NCBI GenBank assembly: GCA_028534125.1
Contig: CM052816.1
Coordinates: 23,624,001 to 23,688,000 of the forward strand
DNA from: Lama glama
Taxonomy: Eukaryota
Reading direction: 5' to 3'
DNA: 64,000 nt
Under the pieces are notes generated by a model. The model ran no database searches and was not told the origin of the DNA. It saw nothing but the letters and a program-made list of their open reading frames with translations. Position numbers and translations under genes: made by a program. Positions 55,898 through 64,000 of the stretch are shown one piece after another; position 1 is the stretch's first letter, and each line of letters starts with the position of its first letter.

Positions 55898-56397
55898 NNN
55901 NNNNNNNNNNNNNNNNNNNNNNNNNNNNNNNNNNNNNNNNNNNNNNNNNNNNNNNNNNNNNNNNNNNNNNNNNNNNNNNNNNNNNNNNNNNNNNNNNNNN
56001 NNNNNNNNNNNNNNNNNNNNNNNNNNNNNNNNNNNNNNNNNNNNNNNNNNNNNNNNNNNNNNNNNNNNNNNNNNNNNNNNNNNNNNNNNNNNNNNNNNNN
56101 NNNNNNNNNNNNNNNNNNNNNNNNNNNNNNNNNNNNNNNNNNNNNNNNNNNNNNNNNNNNNNNNNNNNNNNNNNNNNNNNNNNNNNNNNNNNNNNNNNNN
56201 NNNNNNNNNNNNNNNNNNNNNNNNNNNNNNNNNNNNNNNNNNNNNNNNNNNNNNNNNNNNNNNNNNNNNNNNNNNNNNNNNNNNNNNNNNNNNNNNNNNN
56301 NNNNNNNNNNNNNNNNNNNNNNNNNNNNNNNNNNNNNNNNNNNNNNNNNNNNNNNNNNNNNNNNNNNNNNNNNNNNNNNNNNNNNNNNNNNNNNNNN
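55898..56397. other. Assembly gap (500 N)
   Basis: Run of N. Confidence 1.
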
Positions 56398-56537
56398 AAG
56401 GGAGTGTTCTAGCTTCATTGTTTTACATGCTGCTGTCCAGTTTTCCCAACACCATTTGCTGAAGAGACTGTCTTTATTCCATTGTATATTCTTGCCTCCT
56501 TTGTCGAAGATTAATTGACCAAAAGTTTGTGGGTTCA
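56398..56537 (-). mobile_element. Young L1 ORF2 fragment abutting the gap
   Basis: Open L1 ORF2 peptide [46 protein letters not shown]. Confidence 0.93.
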
Positions 56538-58010
56538 AGTAGCATTTATTGATATGGTCACATGACCTTCTCCTTAATGGTCTCAGTATAATGAATTATA
56601 TTGATTGATAATCAAAAGTTAAACAAAACTTGGATTCCTGGAATACACTCCACATGATCATTATGTATCACCCTTTTTATATGTACCAAGTATACTTTGC
56701 TTTTATGAAGAATATTTATATCTAAGTTCAGGAGAGATATTTATCTAATGTTTTCTGTTCTTTTAATAATATCTGGTTTTGGACACAGAGTAAAGCTGAA
56801 CTCATAAAATGAGTGGGGAAGTGCCCCTAATTCCTTTATTGCCTCAAAGAGTGGTACAATTTCTTTCTAAATATTTGGTAGAATTGTCGGGTGAAGCCAT
56901 CTTGCCTAGACCTGCGTGCGTGTGTTTGTGTGTTGGAAAATCCTGAGTTAAGATTTCAGTCTTTTAGATAAATATCAAGATGTTCAGATTTCCTATTTCT
57001 TCTTGTATTAGTTTTTGTAATTGGCATTGTTTAAAAATTTTTTCCATTTCATCTAAGATGCCAAATTTATGGTATAAAGTTGTTTATGGTATTTCTGTAT
57101 TACTTTTTATTGTTCTTAATGTAAGATATATACTGATGTCTCCTTACCATGTTTGATACTGGTAATTTGTGTCTTCTTTCTTGTTCAATCTAGCTAAACG
57201 TTTATAAATTTTATACATTTTTATCAAAGAACCAACTTTGGGTTTTATTTATTTTCTCTATTTTTATTTATTTCTACTTCATTGATTTTCTCATTATTTA
57301 TTTCCTTTTATTCATTTTTGATGTAATTTTTTCTCTTTTTGTGCTTTTTAAGGTAGAAATTTAAATCACTGATTTTAGATATTTCTCTTTTGCTAAGATA
57401 AGCATTTAAAGCTATATTTTTCTAACTACTGCTTTACTGCAATCCATAAATTTTGACATACTGTATTTTTATATTCACTCAGTTCAAAATACTTTTTACT
57501 TTCCTTTGTGATTTCTTCTTTGCTCATTTATTTAAAGGTTTGTTGTTTATTTTCCAAATATTTGAGGATTTTCCAAAATTTTTGTTATTGATTCCTCACT
57601 TAATTCTGCTTTGATCAGAGAATATTCTCTTTATGATTTCAATCCTGTTGAATTTATTGAGATTGTAAATTTATTTATAATGCAGCAGATTATCTTGGTG
57701 AATGTTCACTGTGTACTTGAAAAGAATGTGTGGTCTACTGTTATTCAGTGAGTTGTTTTATAAATGTCAGTATCAAGGTCAAGCTGGGTGAAGTCTTACA
57801 CATACTAATTTGCTGTCTACTTCTTCTGTCTATAAGAAAGAGCGTTAAAATGTCCAACTGAAATCATGCATTTATCTGTTTTTGTTCGCAGTTCTATCAA
57901 TTTTTACATAACATATTGACACTCTCTTACTAGATGCATAAATATTTGGGATTTTTATATCCTCTTGATGAATTTATCCCCTTTATTATTATGAAATCCT
58001 CTTTATTTAA
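56538..58010 (-). mobile_element. Old L1 (L1M-type) ORF2 5' region, heavily decayed
   Basis: T-rich sequence with L1 hallmarks (ctcataaaatgagt.gggaagtg, tcaaagaaccaactttgggtttt, gtacttgaaaagaatgtgt). Confidence 0.85.
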
Positions 58011-58014
58011 AACT

Positions 58015-58500
58015 GTTTTCATCATTTGGGTGATAGTTGAATCAAGGTTTGGAATAATAAGTGAGGGTGGAAGAGGGGAATACAGAATGAGAAAAGACAA
58101 AGGTTAGCAACAGAGCCCCGAGGAACAGCAACATGTAAGCAGCTGGCAGAGGAAAAGGAGCCCACGACAGAGACTAAAATGGAGCCAAGAACAAACCCAA
58201 GGAAGCGCCATGGACAAGCAGTGCCACAGAAACAAAGTAAAGAGAGAATCTTAAGGAGAGTATGTTTAATAGTGTCACATGCTTCTGAGCCACCACTTAA
58301 GATGCACTCTAAAAATTGTTAATAGAAGGCAGCTTTGAGGAGGTTATTGATAACCTTAGCCACAAGCATTGTAATAATGAGTTAGATTCATAATGGATAT
58401 GAAAGGAAGGAAAAAGACCTTAGTATCTTGAAGAATCATTAAGGGGAGGGTCATATGATGGGAAAGATTAGAGCATGTTTATGCACTGGGACAAAAAGAG
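58015..58500 (-). mobile_element. L2 fragment
   Basis: Purine-rich acagagccc.gaggaaca.caacat.taag...gcagaggaaaaggagcc pattern. Confidence 0.6.
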
Positions 58501-59404
58501 AATTTGAAGGTACAGAAGAAAGTGGAGATCATGATCTCGGTGAGAAGGGACTATGTCTTGTAGGTATAAGTTGGTTGGAGCAAGAACTATAATATAATGC
58601 CAGTATTAATTGACATAAATTATAAAAATAGCACTTTATCACTCCATAAACTTCAATCATGATCATTTCTACATGTATTAAGGCACTATTTAACTTTATT
58701 ATTTCCCTAAATTTTTAATAAAAGAAATACTAGCTGCTTTTGAAGTATCTGGCTTATCACAGAAGCACTCATGATTTATCAACTATTTCCCTTTGGTTTC
58801 CTCTTTGTGTCCTGCTATGCCTCTCCACATGAGAATGTCATGTTTTCCCCTTATGCTAATGTATACAACATGAAGAAAATATGTCTCCTAGTAATATTAT
58901 GCACATAAATTACATATTTTCCATCACTTCTAATTTAGAACACAAACTTTCTTTCTGGTTGACATAACCCAAATTTAAAATTTGAAGCACTCCATAATTG
59001 CCACAATTTATAAAATGTCATTGGTATAAACAGAAGAAGTAACAAACTATGTGTTTTTTAATACACATATCAATGTGTAATTTGCATATATATTCCGTGT
59101 TCTTTAAACAGACTTAATGAGGTACCTGATTCTTTGTTTAGAGTGGGGGAGGTACTCTTCGCTAGTTGCCAAAGTGCAGCTCTGTCAGCATTCTTCATTT
59201 TTAAGTCACAGATAAGCTTGAGAACATGATAGAAATTACGCTCCATGTTTCTAGAAGAAACGCATGTACCTATGTATACGTATAATTTTGCACGTGCTTT
59301 TAGACTTAAAAAAGACCCTAATTTAGAGGAACATAAACTTTTTTCAACACTGATGATAAAATCAAAGGAAAAATAAAAAGCGTAGTATAGGCAGCACAGC
59401 ACCA

Positions 59405-59600
59405 TGATTCAAAAGCAGTTCTAGCTTTGGAGTCAGTTAGATTTGGATTCAAGTCTAGCGCTTAGTACTTAGTCAGCACTGATTAGCTGGGTGCTCTTGG
59501 CTAAGGTACTTAACAACTCCTAGCTTAAGTATACTCATGTGTAAAATGGGGTTGGAGTAAGGATTAAACCAGTTGAAAAGTCAAGTGCGTAACCAGTACA
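59405..59600. mobile_element. MIR
   Basis: gctttggagtcag..agatttggattcaagtc...tagctgggtg.tcttgg.taag.tactta...tgtaaaatggg. Confidence 0.75.
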
Positions 59601-61049
59601 TATAGTCTAGAGAACCAGTGTTTGTTTTAAATAGCAGTGAAACAACTTAAATGGAATGGTTCTTAAAGGCATGAATATTTTTCATTTAGATTTTGCTTTT
59701 CCTGTTCACATCTGTTAGACTTGGATTACAAACCTAACAGAAAGTTCATCTCTCATGCAATTTTCTCATTGCAGAGTTGAATGGAGGGAGCATCGCTGTC
59801 TCAGACACACATTGCTCAGGTAGAGCCCCGCTCTGGTGGGTGGCGGAGGGTAACCTTCTAAGGGTCTCTCATGGTGACCAAGTGACAAGACACCATGTGT
59901 CAAGGAGCACAATTAATTATCATTAGTATTTCAAGCATCCCGTGGAGTGACATGTTTTACAATGTTGTTTCCAGAATTAGTGAAGCAAGAGGTAGACAGA
60001 CTGAAAAGATGTTTACATTGCCAGAAAATGATACACATATATATTTCATGAACAAGATAAGATAATAGTAATATAATTTTATCAAATGGCCTGAATCACC
60101 AGTCTATGTTTCAATCATCAAAAGTAACGTTCTTGGCACATATGCCAAGAAAAATGCATATTTTGTAGATTTCAAAATGCATTATAAGGTAATATTACAA
60201 GGGTAATTCTGGTCACAAGGCTCATTTTGGCTCATATTGACATATTTGGCCTCTTACAATGGTGCTCTCCCCAAAAGCACTGTAGTCTGAGGCACAGCCT
60301 CAGTAAAGAGGGTGAGGCTTTAATTTGAATTTCCTCGTCTCTTCTCTGATTTCAACCAACAAGTTTTCTAAGACTGTGTGCTGACCTTGGAACATAAGTC
60401 TAGACAGAACACTAAAAATTGCCTTTAAAAGGTACCATGAACAGTATCCAAAATATCATCCCTCGAGTAGGTTAGGCAGTTTATTGTGCCAAAATCCTTC
60501 TATATGTGGTTGTACCCAAAGCAGGTGCTTCCATGAAAAATATATCCAAGACCATTTCTGTCTAAGTTTACTTTGAGTAAAGCCAGCTTTTAATTTTAAA
60601 AATACATGCTTAAATGTCTCTGAGATGTTTTACTGATTTAGTAGCCAAGTAACTTCTGACCGAGGCTAAGGGAAGGTATCTTTCTCTGAAGATCTTTATC
60701 ATAGAGCTAGAATTTTAAATATTTGGGAAAAATTCCACCCTTCTGAAATGGAGTTTTGTTCAGGATATGAAGATTTTCAGAACTTTTGCTTCCTGGCCAA
60801 TTTTATTATACTCCTATTTTTTATTTAAATTACAGATTCTTTTTTGTCTCTTTCTCCATGAGAGGCTGGCACCAGATCATCCCTTGAGTAGAGCAGACAT
60901 TCCAAAGGATGTACTGCCAGCAATAATGGAAAGCTGGATACAACTGAATGGTATAAAATGGTACCTGAGATGCTTAGAAAACTGTAAAGTTTAATGCTGC
61001 ACACCCAGAGCAGATGCCAGCAACTACAGCTGCTAGTTGTACATAAAAA

Positions 61050-61050
<1 letters not shown>

Positions 61051-61080
<30 letters not shown>
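61051..61080. repeat. (TG)15 microsatellite
   Basis: Direct reading. Confidence 0.95.
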
Positions 61081-61083
<3 letters not shown>

Positions 61084-63119
61084 TTTTAAATTCATGGCTT
61101 CTTTTCTATTTTTCACTTATGAAACGCTGGACATCTGTCTTTTAAAATGTCTTGTTTATAGGATCAACAATTTCTGTCTAATGAGATGGGCCAAAAGACC
61201 TTTAATCACTCACAGACTCACAGGGAAAATGACAACGTGTCCCAAATAAAAGACTGAGCGGAATTATTGCTAAAATATCTTAAATGTTCTCCAATAACAT
61301 TTGCCAAGCATAATTTATAATACTGACTGGATCTTTCTTCCCTTTAAGAACTGTACACTCACTTGAAGTAAATGTATGTCATCAATGCATTTTGAAATCT
61401 CAAAATGTTAAGCTCTCTTTATTGTAAAAATATTACCTAGAAAAATATTAAGAAACGATTTCCTTAATTTAAACAAATAGCATGATGCATTCACCAGACA
61501 CCTGACCACTATAAATAACATTGAGAATATTAAAGGACACATGATTCAGGAGAGGAAGTAAAATCCTACTTCCCCAGAAAATTTGTGTTTCACAAGGAAA
61601 GACACAACTTTTCTGGAAGTCTTGATCTTTGCAATTTCAAAGGTGATTTGATTACTCATTAAGCAACCATGCCCTAAATCACAGAACTGTGGTGAAGAAA
61701 AACTTTAAAACATATTGAAAATATAAATTTCTAAGGCCTTGAAAACAAATATATTTTACGTAATTTCATAAGAAAGGGAGGGTACATATGGACATACAAC
61801 ACAAAAAAATTTGAAAAGAAACAATAACATGGATTGATATTACACTTTGGGAAGCTATCCTTCTTAAATGAGACTGAATTGAGGAAAAAAGGCCCTGATA
61901 CTGGAGGACCAACTATAGTGTAGCTGATTTAAAGCACCAGGGGTTTAAACAGTCACAATATATTATTTTCGGTAAGTACACTTCTGGAATGTTTCAGTTT
62001 GGATTAAGCATCCTGAAACATGGATTTAATTAAAGGAGCCCTTCAGATAATTATGGGACTGATTTTCAAAGGCATGCTAGATGATTCAGATTCCTAGTAA
62101 CATTCTGAGCTGCATCATTTAAAGCCTGGTCTGGAAGGGCTACCCTCCGAGAATTTACCATTTTCCAAGAACTAAAGAAATTTCCTGGCTGAACATCTAG
62201 AAGTCAAAAATTGTGATTGTGAGCATCTTAATCTTAAATATCATCAAGTCTGAGCAACGTTTAGGAGTCTCTTAGGAAGACCTCAAAAGATGACTGGTAT
62301 TTGAAAGGACAAGGAAGCACACGGTTGTCTGTCCAGAAGCTGGCTGAGAATTTTGTGACCCTTTCAAGAAGCTGAGCAGTGAAGAGACTCCAATGGACAC
62401 TCAACACACTAAAACCTCTCTGCTCAAGGACAGACTAAAACCAGTGCTCTCCAAAAGGTAAGTGTGTGGGTCCCCCAGCAACGGGGAAACAAGTCACTGG
62501 GGTCTGGAAAGGAAACAATACAACTTCAACCTATATTTATTTTCTAACTCATTAAAAAAAAAACCCTTTTATGCATACATTTAGTATGCACCTGACAGAG
62601 TAGAACAGTAGCATATGGATGCAGTTGTATAAATGAATAGGTATACACGTGTGTGGACACATGATCAACAATGCTTGTCTAAACCGACACCCCAGATTCT
62701 GAGGCAGTCTCCCATCCTGGGGCCTCCCAGCCATCTCAGCAGGTAGGGTTTCGGGTCAGCGGGCCTGCTGCCTGGCGCTGCCTGATGGCAAGCCAGGGTG
62801 GTCAGCTGTTCTGTACTGCTGGAAACAAATCCGGTGAGCTGTGGACTCGTTCATTCATTCAACAAATATTTACCAAGCACCTATGACATCTAGGGATGAA
62901 AGGGTGAACAAAAGTGGAACACTTCCAACTTTCATACAGCTTATATTCTAGTGGGGAGAAAGAAGATGAAAAGGCAAGAAAATGAAGAAAACGTAAAACC
63001 AGGCAGTATCACATTCTCCTATGTGAGATGGGGATGTTACCTGTGTCATATTTCTGTGAGGAGTGTTGAAGTGGACTCCAATTATGAGGAAATAATTTAA
63101 TTCATTAAAATTAAAGGAT

Positions 63120-63470
63120 ATTCTTCAAAATTGTTAATAACATGAAAGAAGCAGCAGCTGGGGAACTGTTCTAGATTAATGACTAAAGGCATAATAAAAT
63201 GCAGTCTGATTCTTACTAGGATCCCACATTGAAGAAAAACAGATGTAAAGAAAGTTACTGGAACAACTGAGTAATTTAAATATGGACTGAAGACTAGATA
63301 ATAGCATTAGTTCAACATAATTTTCTTGAATGTGATCATTTTATTGTGATTATTAAGAGAATGACCTTGTTCTTGGGAAAGGAACACTGAAGTAGGTAAA
63401 ACCAGGCGAACAGTATAAGGTGTGGACTGACTATTCTTGCAGCTTTTCTATAAACTTGAATTTTTTCAAA
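63120..63470 (+). mobile_element. L1MC/ME-like 3' end
   Basis: ggaactgttctagattaa...aaatatggactg...tattcttgcagcttttctataaacttgaattttttcaaaat. Confidence 0.7.
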
Positions 63471-64000
63471 ATGAGATACTGTGGGATAGTGTGTGTGTGT
63501 ACGTGCGTGCATGCACGCATGTGCGCACATGTGCGCACACAGAAATAAAAGGAGATAAAGAGCAATGAGGTGCAGGTGGGGATACTGTTCTATGTTGGTA
63601 ATGAGAGAGGCCCTCTCTACTGTGTCGACAATTGAGCAAAGATGTGGTAGCAGGAAGAAGTGAAGAAGTAGACCATGCAACTATCTGAGAAGCAGGAGTT
63701 CCTAACAGCACATCTACCAGACTGGAGATGCAGAAAAGGTGCCAATGGGAGGGAAGCAGAGCGAATGGAAGGAACGTTGGAAAGAGATGAGGTTGGAGAA
63801 GTAGCTAGAAGTAAGACCACTGCTGGGCCTTGTAAGGCATAATAAACACAGGGGAATTTTATTCTAAGTATGAAAGGAAACCATTGAAGGTTTCTAAAAT
63901 ATGATGTGGTGCATTTTGATTCTACTGTGAATGGAACTGTTTTCTTAATTTACTTTTAGGGTTGTTCACCACCAGTACATAAAAATATAGCTGTTTTTTG

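Noticed and set aside
55841..56538. 225/230-aa ORFs
   Set aside because: Artefacts of translating through N.

Overview
Mammalian genomic DNA, most likely camelid: it carries a vic-1-like tRNA-derived SINE and young artiodactyl-type L1 3' ends. It is not prokaryotic, so there are no operons or CRISPR arrays, and almost all entries in the ORF track are chance ORFs or repeat fragments. The only well-supported gene is ISOC1 (isochorismatase domain-containing 1) on the minus strand. It has five coding exons (49700-49999, 40050-40169, 39742-39945, 37835-37951, 32690-32836), totalling 888 nt = 295 aa + stop, with all introns GT-AG and phase 0. It has a CpG-island promoter at about 49.4-50.45 kb and an approximately 1 kb 3' UTR. 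The rest is a layered transposon landscape: a decayed two-LTR ERVL provirus (514-6675) with a young L1 inside it; solo LTRs of ERV1, ERVK-like, ERVL and MaLR type; an ERV1-like provirus that runs into a 500-N assembly gap; and L1, L2, MIR, SINE and MER/Tigger fossils. I found no convincing novel biological system. The best leads are a sense-oriented LTR poly(A) signal in ISOC1 intron 4, a SINE-L1 chimeric insertion, a duplicated gag start, and an unexplained segment with splice-like boundaries at about 14.9-15.5 kb. Repeat family names are assigned by recognition, and boundaries without TSDs are approximate.
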